64,000 nucleotides of DNA from Eledone cirrhosa (lineage: Eukaryota), in NCBI GenBank assembly GCA_964016885.1, contig OZ024745.1, positions 85,932,001 to 85,996,000 on the forward strand, given 5' to 3'. Numbering within the stretch: position 1 is the first letter of the stretch; each line of letters begins with the position of its first letter. The translations under genes and the position numbers were made by a program. Under the pieces are notes generated by a model. That model did not search any database and was not told where the DNA came from. It saw nothing but the letters and a program-made list of their open reading frames with translations. Of this stretch, positions 25,245-40,912 are shown in pieces.

Positions 25245-28200
25245 ACTTCGAAGGCCCATTGTCACAATTCTAGCGACTGAAAGAAACGTCGGCACGTTAC
25301 GTATCAAGGAAGCGCTTTTTATCAAACGACTGCAACCGCAAATAAACAACCGATCAAAGAGAAGCGATGCAACAACACACAACACACGTACACACACACA
25401 CACACACGCAAACGAGACAACTACACACACACGCACACACACAGTAGCATTCCACCATACGAACATACTACACTGCCAATACAGATGAACAAGGCAATAC
25501 CAACACACACACACACACACTCAAGCGAGACAACAACACACGCACACACACACACACAGTAACATTTAACAAACAGGCAGAGAATGGACTGACAGCTAGC
25601 GCCATCCCACTCCTTCATTCGGCCGCTGACCTCTGTACGACCGACCACATTTCACGCGCACGCGCGCTCTGCCTAATACCTCAGATATTCAAAACAACAA
25701 ACAGTGAAAGACGCGTTCCGGACTTGTCCGACAGACAACCTTTTCCCCCACCCCGGAAAAAAACCCCAATTGATGGATGTGAATCCGAAATATATAGGGA
25801 CTATTAAATCTCTCCCAAGGTAACTCTCTCTTGTGTTGTTATTTCTATTTTTATCCTTTATACTCTTCCCTTCATTCTACACATCTCACACATCTTTTAC
25901 ACACCACGCATCTCAACGTACACCCACTTACATCTCTCTCTCCACCACCAGAACTTGTTACCCGGAGATTTACCCATTTGCATTGTCGAGGCTTCCAAAC
26001 GACTTAAAGATATTTACTTATTGTTCCACAATGCTTCAAGCAAACTTCAATACTCTCTTATCCTTACACCTGAGCCAGGAATTGTTTGCATCCGTAAGGG
26101 AACTGTTTAGACTGTCGGAGAAATGGGCCAACGCTGGCTGCCAAATTATTTTCCTGAAATGCTGCCTAAAAAACGATGTCATCCCCAACACCATCAAGAA
26201 CATCCGGTTACCAGTAAGCCTACGTACACCAGCCTTCCAAAACACCACTAACCGCATACATCGCACGTGTATTAAACAGATCCTGAGACATCTCAACCGC
26301 CAATTACACGTCCATAAGCGGACACTCTCAGAGCGGACACATCGACTGCCAATAGCACCCGGAGACTTGCTCCTAAAAATCACTAAAGCAATCGACCAGT
26401 GCTACCACTCCAGAGTCCAATACGAGAAAAAACGGCTCAAGCGAAAATATGAGTGGATCTTGTCGAAACGCCACAACGAGAACATCGACACTAACGAACA
26501 GACGGACCAGAACCACGTGGAAAACAACAACTTAACAACCGCCACCGCCGCAACCACCAACACCGAGCCATACCTCAACGATGCGACGCACTTGGTCACC
26601 GACCTAACCGGCACTCTCACGAGCAACGAGCTGAAACTCCTACACCTCGGACCTAAGTTCATCGTCACACAACGTCTCGACGACAGACTCAAACTCAACA
26701 TCGAGGTCAACTTTTGTCGAGCCGCTTACCAACTTAAATGGGTGACCGCTATCAACAGCGCCACAGAAAATAACAGCGCCGACACAACCCACCCCAAGTT
26801 CCCCACTTACCACCCCGACAACCCACTCCACCCCCACCCACCAACCACGAACTCGACACTAAACTCATCAGGCTAAAACACTCCATCTCGGATATACTTC
26901 ACAAACACACACACACACGCACAACACATAACCTCACCAAATCTCAACTCACCATTCTCTCCAACCTAAAATCGAAGAACCTCATCTATCTCCCCTCCGA
27001 CAAGGGAAAAGAATTCTGCGTCATCAGCAGAGAGGCCTACAACACCCTGGCCCTCCAACACCTTGACGATGACAACATCTACTCCAAGGTCACGGGAATC
27101 ACTCCCGCGCAGATAGAAGAACACATCAACTCCGACTGGACCAACATCTGCGACCGGCGGAAGCTCCCGAAGAAGCTGAGATACAACCTCCTCACGAGGA
27201 ACAGCAGAATACCCGACTTCTACCACCTCGTGAAAACACACAAACAGGGACCCGACCTGAAAATCAGGCCCATCGTATCGAGCCTGGAGGGACCACTCTA
27301 CAAAATTTCATGGCTCCTAGCCAGAATACTCAAACCCATCTTAGACACCTTGCCGGGACACGTTAACATCTCCGAGGAGGTGTTGAAGCGCCTGCATCAA
27401 ATGGATCCCGACACCAGAAGGAACAACAGATATGCCTTCAGCCTTGATGTAGTCGCTCTCTACACCTCGGTCCCGGCACTCCCGGCCGTCAATATACTAA
27501 TGGAACGCGTCCAATCCACCGACCTACACTGCTTCGGGCTCACCACCACTGACATCCACCAACTCCTATCCATCGTCGTCGACAACACCTACTTCGGATT
27601 CCTTGACCAAATATACCAACAAACCTCGGGATTGCCCATGGATCAAGCCTATCAGGTGTGCTAGCGATCTCCTACATGGACAACCTCGAACGCAAGGCAC
27701 TCAACGCCTGCCACCCCAACGCCGTAGCCTTTTTCTCAAGATACGTGGACGATATCCTCATCCTCACATCTTCCCAAGACACGGCGAACAGAATCTATGA
27801 GACGTTCAACAACGCGGACGAGAACATTGACTTCAGTGTTGAACACCCCAACGAAGACGGGTCACTTGCCCTCCTCGACTTCCGAATCAACATCACGGAA
27901 CAAGGAGGGATCCACTGCAACTTCTACAGAAAGGCAGCCTGCAGGGACCTATTCGTTCACTACAAGTCCGCCCTCCCTAACGGTGCCAAAAGAGGATACA
28001 TCACGAACGAGATCGCGCGAATCAAAAACAGATGCAGCGATCCCTCGAGTGGTGTCACTCATACCAAGCGATTCCTCGAGGTGCTGGAGGCGAACGGGTA
28101 CCCTACCTCGATCACAGACAGAATAGGAGACACCAGACGCAAGAGACAGAGAAGCACCCAAGGCAAGTGCTTCCTTAAAATGCCACACCTGGGCGAGAAA

Positions 28201-29350
28201 ACCACCAACGCTATCCGCAAGGCTATACGGATGGAGGGCCTCGACATCCACCTGGCCCACTCGGGCCCCTCCCTGCGAAGATGCCTCTCCAGGAAACCCG
28301 AACAATCTACTGACGCATGCTCCATCAAAGACTGCCCGATACGCCATGCTAACTGTTGCCTACGCACATACGTCGTGTATCAGATAGAATGTGACAGTTG
28401 CAACCAATACTACATAGGTAGCACAACTCGACCTTTGCACATCCGGATCAAGGAACACACTAAAACCAGGGCCTCGTCTTTCCGGAAAAACATAGACAAA
28501 TGCGGAAACAAAGACGGAAGGCCCATTGTCACAATTCTAGCGACTGAAAGAAACGTCGGCACGTTACGTATCAAGGAAGTGCTTTTTATCAAACGACTGC
28601 AACCGCAAATAAACAACCGATCAGAGAGAAGCGAAATGAAATGACTGGTTTAAGTTAACAAGCGATGCAACAACACACAACACACGTACACACACACACA
28701 CGCAAACGAGACAACTACACACACACACGCACACACACACAGTAGCATTCCACCATACGAACATACTACACTGCCAATACAGATGAACAAGGCAATAACA
28801 ACACACACACACACACTCAAGCGAGACAACAACACACGCACACACACACACACAGTAACATTTAACAAACAGGCAGAGAATGGACTGACAGCTAGCGCCA
28901 TCCCACTCCCTCATTCGGCCGCTGACCTCTGTACTGCCGACCCCATTTCATGCACACGCGCGCTCTGCCTAATACCTCAGATATTCAAAACAACAAACAG
29001 CGAAAGACGCGTTTCGGACTGGTCCGACAGACAACCTTTTCCCCCACCCCGGAAAAAAACCCCAGTTGATAGATGTGAATCCGAAATATATAGGGACTAT
29101 TAAATCTCTCCCAAGGTAACTCTCTCTTGTGTTGTTATTTTTATTTTTATCCTTTATACTCTCCCTTCATTCTACACATCTCACACATCTTATACACACC
29201 ACGCATCTCAACGTACACCCACTTACATCTCTCTCTCCACCACCGGACCTTGTTACCCGGAGATTTACCGATTTGGATTGTCGAGGCTTCCAAACGACTT
29301 AAAGATATTTACTTATTGTTCCACAATGCTTCAAGCAAACTTCAATACTC
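25245..29350 (+). mobile_element. Full-length YVDD-type PLE with ~830-bp direct pseudo-LTRs
   Basis: 25250-26058 repeats at 28517-29350 (the first copy has a 31-bp deletion between aagcga repeats); (CA)n-rich UTR; unit ~3.3 kb. Confidence 0.9.
26031..28644 (+). pseudogene. PLE RT, Cys-rich linker, GIY-YIG; about two frameshifts
   Basis: IFLKCC..VIPNTI, SDKG, FYHLVKTHK, IRPIVS, SLDVVALYTSVP, GLPM, RYVDDIL, LLDFRI, CSIKDCPI..CC, VVYQIECDSC..YIGSTTR..RIKEH. Confidence 0.9.
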
Positions 29351-29393
<43 letters not shown>

Positions 29394-29544
29394 TTATATA
29401 TATTATATATATATATATATATTATATATATATATATATATAATATATATATATAATATATAAATATATATTATATATATATAATATATATATATATATT
29501 ATATATATATATATATTATATATATATATTATATATATATATAT

Positions 29545-29621
<77 letters not shown>

Positions 29622-29719
29622 CATTATATATATATATATTATATATATATTATATATTATATATATATAATATATATATATATATATTATATATATATAT
29701 ACATTATATATATATATAT

Positions 29720-29752
<33 letters not shown>

Positions 29753-29906
29753 ATATATATATATATTATATATATTATATATATATTATATATATATATT
29801 ATATATATATATATAATATATATATATTATATATATATATATAATATATATATATTATATATATAATATATATATATATATATAATATATGTATATATTA
29901 TATATA

Positions 29907-30349
29907 TCCAGAAAGCGCCCTCTTACAACGGAAGACACAAGGGCTGCGACCTTTGTATCTCAGAGATCTAACGAAATTTTATTCGCCAAGGGCCCGCTAC
30001 TGAACAAACTCTCTGAATACTGCCCGAACTGCATGCACAAGAACTTTGCAACTTTCAAACACTTTAAGCCAGTGTTAAAGCCCGATGGCTAAAAACGACC
30101 TCCCCCTATTGGCCCTTATACCTCCTTTCCACCCTACCCACACCCCTCCTCAACCTGAAATACGGCCACTATGGTTATGTGAGTACCTCTTACCTCTCTG
30201 CATTCTCTGCCTGTCGAGCTGTTTTTATGTGCCTGTGTATATGCGTATATTTATTGAGTACTTATTTATTTGTTAGTGTACATATTTGTGTGTATGTATG
30301 TATATGTATGTGTATGTATATGTATGTGTATGTTTGTGCATGTGTGCAC

Positions 30350-30405
<56 letters not shown>

Positions 30406-30456
30406 GTATATATACATATGTATAGGTATATGTGTATGTATGTGCATGTATATATA

Positions 30457-30487
<31 letters not shown>
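29907..30487 (+). mobile_element. PLE 3' fragment (GIY-YIG C-terminus plus TG/TA UTR)
   Basis: ILFAKGPLLNKLSEYCPNCMHK resembles the C-termini of the other PLE ORFs here (LLNKKDELVTACKH). Confidence 0.7.
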
Positions 30488-30488
<1 letters not shown>

Positions 30489-30600
30489 AGTTGAAAAAAA
30501 TGAAAACGAAATTTCATTTCTCACTCTTAGTATGGCACTTACTTAAATGTAAGTATTATGTATACGTACATACATATATGTATACAGACGTACAGTAGCA

Positions 30601-30642
<42 letters not shown>

Positions 30643-31077
30643 TACATACAGGTACACATACATATATGCACGCATCAGTTTAGCGGACGCTTATTATAAC
30701 GCCGCTTTGTTCGTTTGTCAACAAACTGAACAGCCTGAATTTATGCCATATACGGTGTTAAGGCAACCACGTCACCTTTTTGTTCAACACTGACACAGGA
30801 ACGATGTACTAGTTTCAAGCTTGTTTGCTATCATCAGCACCGTTTACCCATCTGCCAGATAGTTGAACGTTCGAAAGTATATACGTTCCTTATGAAAATT
30901 AACGGCTGAGCAGCCTAATTTGCATATTGAGTGAGTTAAATCGGTCAGGCATACCGAAAACGATAAGTTGAAAAAAATGAAAACGAAATTTCATTTCTCA
31001 CTCTTAGTATGGCACTTACTTAAATGTAAGTATTATGTATACGTACATACATATATGTATACAGACGTACAGTAGCA

Positions 31078-31127
<50 letters not shown>

Positions 31128-31448
31128 CAGGTACAGATACATATGTATGCCTGACTGATTTAACTCACTCAATATGCAAATTAGGCTGCTCAGCCGTTAA
31201 TTTTCATAAGGAAAGTATATACTTTCGAACGTTCAACTATCTGGCAGATGGGTAAACGGTGCTGATGATAGCTAACAAGCTTGAAACTAGTACATCGTTC
31301 CTGTGTCAGTGTTGAACAAAAAGGTGACGTGGTTGCCTTAACACCGTATGGCATAAATTCAGGTTGTTCAGTTTGTTGACGAACGAACAAAGCGGCGTTA
31401 TAATAAGCGTCCGCTAAACTGATGCGTGCATATATGTATGTGTACCTG

Positions 31449-31504
<56 letters not shown>

Positions 31505-31553
31505 TGCTACTGTACGTCTGTATACATATATGTATGTACGTATACATAATACT

Positions 31554-31558
<5 letters not shown>
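30488..31558. mobile_element. Family D2 head-to-head insertion; HHRs at 30802-30842 (-) and 31257-31297 (+)
   Basis: Minus arm of ~1.4 units (period ~478), plus arm from ~31152; cggtg-CTGATGA..GAAA-ctag-TA-catcg. Confidence 0.85.
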
Positions 31559-31587
<29 letters not shown>

Positions 31588-31590
<3 letters not shown>

Positions 31591-32445
31591 AAGGCGGGTA
31601 AAATTCCCGAAATCCATGGACGAGTTCTCTCCAGCGGTCTCTGTCCCTCATTATCGCTGCCATGTCCTGCATCTCCAACAGACCAGTGTCTGTCCTTAGC
31701 GCATCAACATACGTTAACCTTGGTCTTCCTCTTCTAGTGTGTCCATGTAGAGGCTCCCAAAGGAGTACTGAGTGCAATGTCAACTCTGGATGTCGGTGAT
31801 CATGTCCAGCTAACCTCAGTCTCCTCTGTGTCACTTTTGAGTTGACTTTTGGGATGCTCCCATACAGCTCTGAGTTTTTCATCCTCAGTGTATACGGATT
31901 AATGTTCAGAGCCATCCTCAGCATTCTCGTGTAGCACCCATCCACCATCAGAGTGAGTTTCTTGGTCAGTGTCCAAGTCTCAGACCCATACAGCAGCACA
32001 GACTCCACTACAGCAATGAAGAGGCGGACCTTCAGGTCTCTACGAAGGTCCGACTTCCACACCGATCTCAAGCTGTGGCACGCCGCCTAGGCCTTGCTCT
32101 TCCTCTCAACCACATCATATTCTGTATTCCCAATCTTTGCTCCCAAATACAGGAAGTCCTCAACCAATTCCAGCGGCTTCCCGCCTACATTAGTGATCCC
32201 CTCTGGCTTCTCAACATTCTCTACCAGATATTTTGTTTTAGTCTCATTCATTCTCAGCCCCACACTCATCGACACAGTCTCATCCTCCCGCATCAAATCC
32301 TCTGCTTCCTTCACTGTATTTGTCACCAAAACTATGTCGTCGGCAAATTCAGCATCCGATACCTTTTTCGCCCTAACTCTCCTGCTCTGAGCCGGTGCCA
32401 CAGTAAAGCCGGAGTCCTGGTGTTTCTCCAGTGCAAGGCGCATAC
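31588..32445 (-). mobile_element. RTE-like LINE 3' fragment
   Basis: EFADDIVL, GLRMNETKTK, EDFLYLG, LLYGSETWTLT, LAGH, RRGRPR; one frameshift near 32080. Confidence 0.85.
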
Positions 32446-32651
32446 AATATATATATATATGTATATATATATGTATATATATATATGTATATATATATAT
32501 ATGTATGTATATGTATGTGTGTATGTGTATGTGTATACATGTGTGTATGCAGGTATGTATGTGTATGTGTGTATCTATATGTATGTGTATGTATAAATGT
32601 ATGTATGTATTTTTGTATATATGTGTGTATATATATGTGTGTATTTGTATG

Positions 32652-32685
<34 letters not shown>

Positions 32686-32839
32686 CATACAAATACACAC
32701 ATATATATACACACATATATACAAAAATACATACATACATTTATACATACACATACATATAGATACACACATACACATACATACCTGCATACACATATAC
32801 ATATATGTATATATGTATATGTGTGTTTGTATGTGTGTG

Positions 32840-32872
<33 letters not shown>

Positions 32873-32905
32873 ATATGTGTGTGTGCTTTTGCGTACGTGT
32901 GTATA

Positions 32906-33000
<95 letters not shown>

Positions 33001-33127
33001 GTGTGTATATGTATGTGTATGTGTGTGTATATGTATGTGTATGTATATGTATATATGTGTATATGTGTGTGTATGTGTGTATATATGTGTATATATATAT
33101 GTATGTATGTCTGTATATATGTGTATG

Positions 33128-33188
<61 letters not shown>

Positions 33189-33245
33189 GTGTATATATGT
33201 GTATATGTATATATATATATATGTGTATGTGTGTATGTATATGTG

Positions 33246-33286
<41 letters not shown>

Positions 33287-33407
33287 TTATGTGTATATAT
33301 ATGTATATATTTGTGTGTGTTTGTGTATATATATATGTATATATATATGTGTGTACATATATATATATATATATATGTGTGTGTGTATGTATGTGTATGT
33401 ATGTATG

Positions 33408-33456
<49 letters not shown>

Positions 33457-33740
33457 GTATATATAGGTGTGTATGTGTGTGTATATGTATGTGTGTATAT
33501 ACCTTTATGTTGTATGTGTATGTATATATGTGTATGCGTTTGTGTACACATATATATATATATATATATATGTATGTATATATGTGTATATATATATATG
33601 TATATATATATATGTATATGTATATATATATACATATACATATATATGTGAGTGTGTGTGTGTATATGTGTATATGTATGTATATGTGTGTGTATATATA
33701 TATGTATATATATATATATGTGTATATATGTATATATATA
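32446..33740. repeat. Compound (TG)/(TA) microsatellite with an internal ~250-bp palindrome
   Basis: TATG/TG/TA runs; 32543-32794 folds back on itself. Confidence 0.9.
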
Positions 33741-35018
33741 AATGTAAGTATGTATGTATACGTACATACATATATGTATACAGACGTACAGTAGTATTCA
33801 TATATATATATATATATATATACATACAGGTACACATATATATATGTACGTATCAGTTTAGCGGACGTTTATTATAACGCCCGCTTTGTCCGGACAAAGC
33901 GGGCGTTATAATAAACGTCTGCTAAACTGATACGTACATATATGTGTACCTGTATGTATATATATATATATATATATGCATACTACTGTACGTCTGTATA
34001 CATATATGTATGTACGTATACATACATACTTACATTTAAGTAAGTGCCGTACTAAGAGTGAGAAATGAAATTTCGTTTCATTCTATTTCAACTTATCGTT
34101 TTCGGTGCGCCTGGCGACTGAACTCACTCGATATGCAAATTAGGCTGCTCGGCCGTTAATTTTCATAAGGAAAGTATATACTTTCGAACGTTCAACCATC
34201 TGGCAGAAGGGTATACGGTGCTGATGATAGCTAAGAAGCTTGAAACTAGTACATCGTTCCTGTGTCAGTGTTGAACAAAATGGTGACGTGGTTGCCTTAA
34301 CACCGTACGGCAGAAATCAGGCTGTCCGTTTGTTTACAAACGGACAAAGCGGGCGTTATAATAAACGTCCGCTAAAGTGATACGTACATATATATATGTG
34401 TACCTGTATGTATATATATATATATATATATGTATATATGCATACTACTGTACGTCTGTATACATATATGTATGTACGTATACATACATACTTACATTTT
34501 AGTGAGTGCCGTACTAAGAGTGAGGAATGAAATTTCGTTTCATTCTATTTCAACTTATCGTTTTCGGTGCGCCTGGCGACTGAACTCACTCGATATGCAA
34601 ATTAGGCTGCTCGGCCGTTAATTTTCATAAGGAAAGTATATACTTTCGAACGTTCAACCATCTGGCAGAAGGGTATACGGTGCTGATGATAGCTAAGAAG
34701 CTTGAAACTAGTACATCGTTCCTGTGTCAGTGTTGAACAAAATGGTGACGTGGTTGCCTTAACACCGTACGGCAGAAATCAGGCTGTCCGTTTGTTTACA
34801 AACGGACAAAGCGGGCGTTATAATAAACGTCCGCTAAAGTGATACGTACATATATATATGTGTACCTGTATGTATATATATATATATATATATGTATATA
34901 TGCATACTACTGTACGTCTGTATACATATATGTATGTACGTATACATACATACTTACATTTTAGTGAGTGCCGTACTAAGAGTGAGGAATGAAATTTCGT
35001 TTCATTCTATTTCAACTG
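33741..35018 (+). mobile_element. Family D2: short inverted arm plus ~2.4 tandem 462-bp units; HHRs at 34216-34256 and 34678-34718
   Basis: Inversion centre ctttgtcc|ggacaaag at ~33890; tandem units are near-identical. Confidence 0.9.
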
Positions 35019-35024
35019 TATATA

Positions 35025-35089
<65 letters not shown>

Positions 35090-35296
35090 TTACTTACAAA
35101 TATATGTGTGTATGTGTGTGTGTATATGTGTATATATATACATGTGTGTGTATATGTATGTGTATGTGTATGTGTGTATGTGCGTGTGTATATGTAGATA
35201 TGTATGTATGTATGTATGTGTATGTGTGTATATATGTATGTATGTATGTATATATATGTATATATATATATGTATATATATGTATATGTATGTATG

Positions 35297-35355
<59 letters not shown>

Positions 35356-35387
35356 GTATATATATATGTGTATATGTATGTGTATGT

Positions 35388-35551
35388 ATCTATCTATCTA
35401 TCTAAGGCGGGTAAAATTCCTGAGATCCATGGACGAGCTCTCTCCAGCGGTCTCTTCCCTCATTATCGCTGCCATATCCTGCATCTCCAACAGACCAGTG
35501 TCTGTCCTTAGGGCATCAACATATGTTAACCTTGGTCTTCCTCTTCTAGTG
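35388..35551 (-). mobile_element. RTE-like LINE extreme 3' end with (TAGA)n tail
   Basis: Matches 31588-31741. Confidence 0.85.
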
Positions 35552-35569
35552 TGTATGTATATATATATA

Positions 35570-35609
<40 letters not shown>

Positions 35610-35620
<11 letters not shown>

Positions 35621-36152
35621 ATGTGTATGTGGGTGTGTCTATGGGTGCGCGCGAGTGTGTGAGTGAGTGTGTTTTGTGAAAGTGTCTGTTGATTTTGGCA
35701 TATAGTTGAATGTTTTAAGAGAAATTTGAGGACAATTGTAAGATATGCACTCAATATTTCGAATTTGTCTACATAATTCTCTAAACCTTTGACACTTAGT
35801 AAAGAATTTAGCTTTTAAAGAATCTCCCTTTCCTTTAATTCTATCTACCATGACTTACCCCCACTGATTTTATAGACACCTGTTAGCTTAATAAGGATTG
35901 GCATGCCATCCTGAGCCTGTTTATAGAATTCTTTCTGCCTTTGTTACGCTAAAAAAAAATAAACTATAGCTTTGTAGAAGTAGCTTTTAATGAATTCTAT
36001 CAACCAATGACCTACACCCATCCCACTCACCACCCTCTCCTACCACTTGTCGAGACCTATATATACCATAATTATTTTTTGATACCCAGATTCCTGATGA
36101 TTTCAAAAGAATGAAACAGTTCTAGTCCTGTAGAATCTCATCTATATTAAAA
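35610..36152 (+). mobile_element. PLE-type 3'UTR fragment with hammerhead
   Basis: TG-rich start, a module shared with 47350-47575, and an HHR ~15 nt before the TA junction. Confidence 0.65.
36088..36138 (+). ncRNA. Type I hammerhead ribozyme with a full stem III
   Basis: agattc-CTGATGA-t ttc aaaa gaa t-GAAA-cag ttctagtc ctg-TA-gaatct. Confidence 0.85.
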
Positions 36153-36170
36153 CTATATATTATATATATT

Positions 36171-36270
<100 letters not shown>

Positions 36271-36471
36271 TATATATATTATATATATATATATATTTTA
36301 TATATATATTATATATATATATATATTATATATATATAGTATATATATATATTATATATATATTATATATATTATATATATACATTATATATATATATAT
36401 ATATTATAAATATATTATATATCATATATATATATATTTTATATATATATATATATATTATATATTATATA

Positions 36472-36514
<43 letters not shown>

Positions 36515-36634
36515 TATATATATTATATATATATATTATATATATATATTATATATATATATTAAATATATATATTATATATATATTATATATATATATA
36601 TATAATATATATATATAATATATATATATATAAT

Positions 36635-36666
<32 letters not shown>

Positions 36667-36786
36667 ATATATATATAATATATATATATATTATATATAT
36701 TTATATATATTATATATGTATATATTATATATATATATACATAATATATATATATAATATATAAATATATATTATATATATATAAT

Positions 36787-36817
<31 letters not shown>

Positions 36818-36900
36818 TTATATTATATATATATATATATTATATATATATATATTATATACATATATATATTATATATATACATATTATATATATATAC

Positions 36901-36947
<47 letters not shown>

Positions 36948-37229
36948 CAATATATATATATATTATATATATATATATTATATACATATATATATTATAT
37001 ATATATATATTATATATATACATTATATATATATATTATATATATATTATATATTATATATATATAATATATATATATTATATATATATATATATTATAT
37101 ATTTATATTATATATATATATATAATATATATATATTATATGTAACAATATAATATATATATATATATAATATATATATTTATTCATATATATTCCTATA
37201 TATTCATATATTCATATATATTCATATAT

Positions 37230-38129
37230 TCATACTCTACAGCGTTAAACCTTGAACAACACATAAATAAGATCAATACTAGAAGGTTAAACGAAAACAC
37301 TAAAAACTTAAGTACAATGAACACAAAAAAAAACAGTAGACAATACACTACAGAACATAAATAAACCACACCTAAATTCGTCCGCAATACTACTCCAGAG
37401 AAAACCCAACGTACACAACTGTAACTGCACCTATCCTGACAACTGCCCCCTCGGCAATAACTGCCTGGAAAAAAATATCATTTATAAGTGTACCATTAAA
37501 TCCGGAGACAACGAGTGGTATTACATGGGATCAACGGCAACATCGTTCAAATCTCGATTATATAGGCATTCTTACTCAATAAAACACCAGAGCCAAAGAA
37601 ATGTAACAACTTTAGCAGAAAAAGCTTGGACGCTCAGGGATAGCGATCAAAAGTTTACCCTAAAATGGGAGAAATTAGCTAAAACCCAAAGCTTTTCAAG
37701 GAGCCAAAATTTCTGCAAATTGTGTAATCTTGAGATTTATTACATAATCAGACACAAGAAGAAATTGCTTAATAACAGAATTGAACGAACATTATTCTGC
37801 CGTCACCGAACTAAAACCCTTTGTTCCCACTACAAGCTGAATATTACATAAAAGAGGAACATCCCCCCAACTATATAAACCTCAATCCAGCTAGAAAAAT
37901 ATAAAAACAATCTCTTCTCAACATATATATGTATATTAATAACCTTAAATTACCACACTAATAATGGAAAGATATGCTGATGAGAATAGGTGCGAATATG
38001 CTATAATGAATGTGTCTAAAAGCGACCATATGTATGTATATATATGTGAAAATGTATATAAATAAGTAAATATATATATATGTTTGATGTGTATAGTTAG
38101 ATGTAAGTGTATTCATGTATTAAAGTGTT

Positions 38130-38215
<86 letters not shown>

Positions 38216-38908
38216 CACATATAGACAGGAGTATGTATGTATATATGTGTGTGTGTCTATACGTGTGTATATAAAGATAAGTTGAGTATGAAAATGTATA
38301 CACATGAATGCGTATGTATGTACATATATATATGTATATATATGTATATATATATATGTGCATGTGTATATGTATGTAAGTATGAGCATGTAAATATGTG
38401 CATTTGAGTATATGTATTTTGTAAAGGTGTGCAAATGTTTTTGTGTGTGAATGCGTGGGCGAATGGATACGTACACTTGAAAGAAAAATTTAAGTCTGAA
38501 TGTTAATTAAGTGCAAACACAAAACCAACCATGCATATCTATACTATCTCTAATCCTTCTATAGATTTAGAAAAATAACCGATAATATATTCTATAAAAA
38601 TGTCAAAACAACAGATGGGAATCTAATTACTCACTGCCACCAAAAATTCTTACTGCTATCAAAAAACCACTTCCTCAACTATTCTTCTAACAACGTCACC
38701 CCTCCCTCCTAATATTCTCTATAAAAACCAAACAGGTCCTCAATAAAATTATTCTGATGAAATGACATTTGATAATAACATTGAAATATTGAATGTCTTC
38801 ATAACTAATACTTTGTAGATAGCAGCTGTTTTCAGGTTATGTAACTGTTATTGAAACACGTTTCAATAAATTCCTTTTAACTGAACTGTATCCATTTAAA
38901 TCCTTCTA
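37230..38908 (+). mobile_element. 5'-truncated PLE (linker, GIY-YIG at ~37420-37851, 3'UTR)
   Basis: CNCTYPDNCPLGNNCLEKNIIYKC..WYYMGSTATSFKSRL..CKLCNLE..CRH; related to the 48-56 kb element. Confidence 0.9.
38749..38869 (+). ncRNA. Type I hammerhead with extended stem II
   Basis: ttatt-CTGATGA-aatgaca..(~80 nt)..tgttatt-GAAA-cacgtt-TC-aataa. Confidence 0.8.
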
Positions 38909-38926
38909 TATAATATATATATATAT

Positions 38927-38960
<34 letters not shown>

Positions 38961-39134
38961 ATATATAATATATATATATATATATTATATATATATAATA
39001 TATATATAATATATATATATATATATTATATATATATATTATATATATATATATTATATATATATATTATATATACATTATATATATATATATTATATAT
39101 ATATTATATATTATATATATATATTATATATATT

Positions 39135-39171
<37 letters not shown>

Positions 39172-39405
39172 ATATATTATGTATTATATATATATTATAT
39201 ATATATATATTATATATATATTATATATTATATGTATATTATATATATATATTTATATATATATATATATTATATATTTAATATATATTTATATATATAT
39301 ATATATATTATATATATATATATATTATATATATATATTATATATATAATATATATTACATACATATATATATATTATATATATATATTATATCTATATA
39401 TATAT

Positions 39406-39436
<31 letters not shown>

Positions 39437-39530
39437 ATATACATATATATATATATTATATATATATATATTATATATATATTATATCTATATATATATT
39501 ATATATATATATATTATATATATATATATC

Positions 39531-39562
<32 letters not shown>

Positions 39563-39574
39563 ATATATATATAT

Positions 39575-40272
39575 AAACGGAAAAAATGAAACGAGATTTC
39601 ATTTCCCACTCTTAGTACGGCTCTTACTTAAATATAAGTATGTACACGTACATACATATATGTATACAGACGTACAGTAGTATGTATATATATATACATA
39701 CATGCATACATATATATATGTACGTATGGATTCACCGAACATTTATTATAATGCTAGGTGTGTTTGAAACAAACATCCCGTATTAAGCCGTAGTTTCTAG
39801 CAACCTTCGTTGCTCGTTTGTTCACCACTGACAAAGAAACGCTGTACTAGTTTCAAGCTTATTAGCTATCGTCAGCAACGTATACCTTCCTGCCAGATTG
39901 TTGAACGTATATACATACCTTATACATATTAACGGCTGAGTAGCCCAATTTGCATATCGAGTGGGTTAATCGGCCGGGTGCACCGAATGGTAATTATATA
40001 CGTTCAACAATCAGGCAGGAAGGTATACGTTGCTGACGATAGCTAATAAGCTTCAAACTAGTACAGCGTTCCTTTGTCAGTGTTGAACAAACGAGCAACG
40101 ATGGTTGCTAGACACTACGGCTTAATACGGGATGTTTGTTTACAAACACACCGATCATTATAATAAATGTTCGATGAATCCATACGTACATATATATATG
40201 TGTGCATGTATGTATATATACATACTACTGTACGCCTGTATACATATATGTATGTACGTGTACATACTTATA
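39575..40272. mobile_element. Family D1 head-to-head insertion; HHR at 39840-39880 (-), mutated HHR at 40028-40068 (+)
   Basis: Inversion at ~39992; the plus copy has GAAA>CAAA. Confidence 0.85.
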
Positions 40273-40293
40273 TCTATATATATATTATATATA

Positions 40294-40912
40294 TGAGAGA
40301 CGTAAAATAAGAAAATTATAAAATTAACTTACTAAAAAATCACTTCCAACTAATTAGTTTCTGGAATGGAGTAAATATATTTTCCGAAGAAACATATATA
40401 AAATCATTCCGTCATCAGGAAAGTCTTTTTCCGTGTAGGTCTCCAGGCATAGCGAGGACACTGGAAACTTATTAAAAAAATAATTCAGTGGAATGGAAAT
40501 AGCGAAGCGTGGACTGGATTCCAAGCCATTGAGAAAATCACTGCCTCTACGTCTGTGGCAAATTCAAAAAGAATCAATCACGTGACATCGTGGTCAATCA
40601 GTGGAAAGCAAGTGGTTATTAAGACAGCGGCCAGCTTACTACCATAGTAGCAGTCATGGCCAAATATTGCTCGACAAATGAATTGGAGATAATTATAAGG
40701 AATTTATATCTAGTAACATTTATATACACACAGATGCATATCAATGCGAGCAAATATATAGGTTTTGTCTTATTAACAATGTGGTTCAATGCATGGGGTT
40801 GCAGAACAATAATATGCATTGAACCACATTGTTAATAAGACAAAACCTATATATTTGCTAGCATTGATATGCATCTGTGTGTATATAAATGTTACTAGAT
40901 ATAAATTCCTTA
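40294..40912 (-). mobile_element. Non-coding PLE-type element (family K) with inverted arm
   Basis: 40694-40794 is inverted relative to 40814-40914; HHR near the left end. Confidence 0.75.
40343..40423 (-). ncRNA. Type I hammerhead ribozyme
   Basis: On minus: ctttc-CTGATGA-cggaatg..tttc ttcg gaaa..cattcca-GAAA-ctaattag-TT-ggaag; palindromic stem III ACTAATTAGT. Confidence 0.85.

Noticed and set aside
37977-38010. CTGATGA motif as a possible hammerhead
   Set aside because: No GAAA/stem III/stem I partner could be folded.
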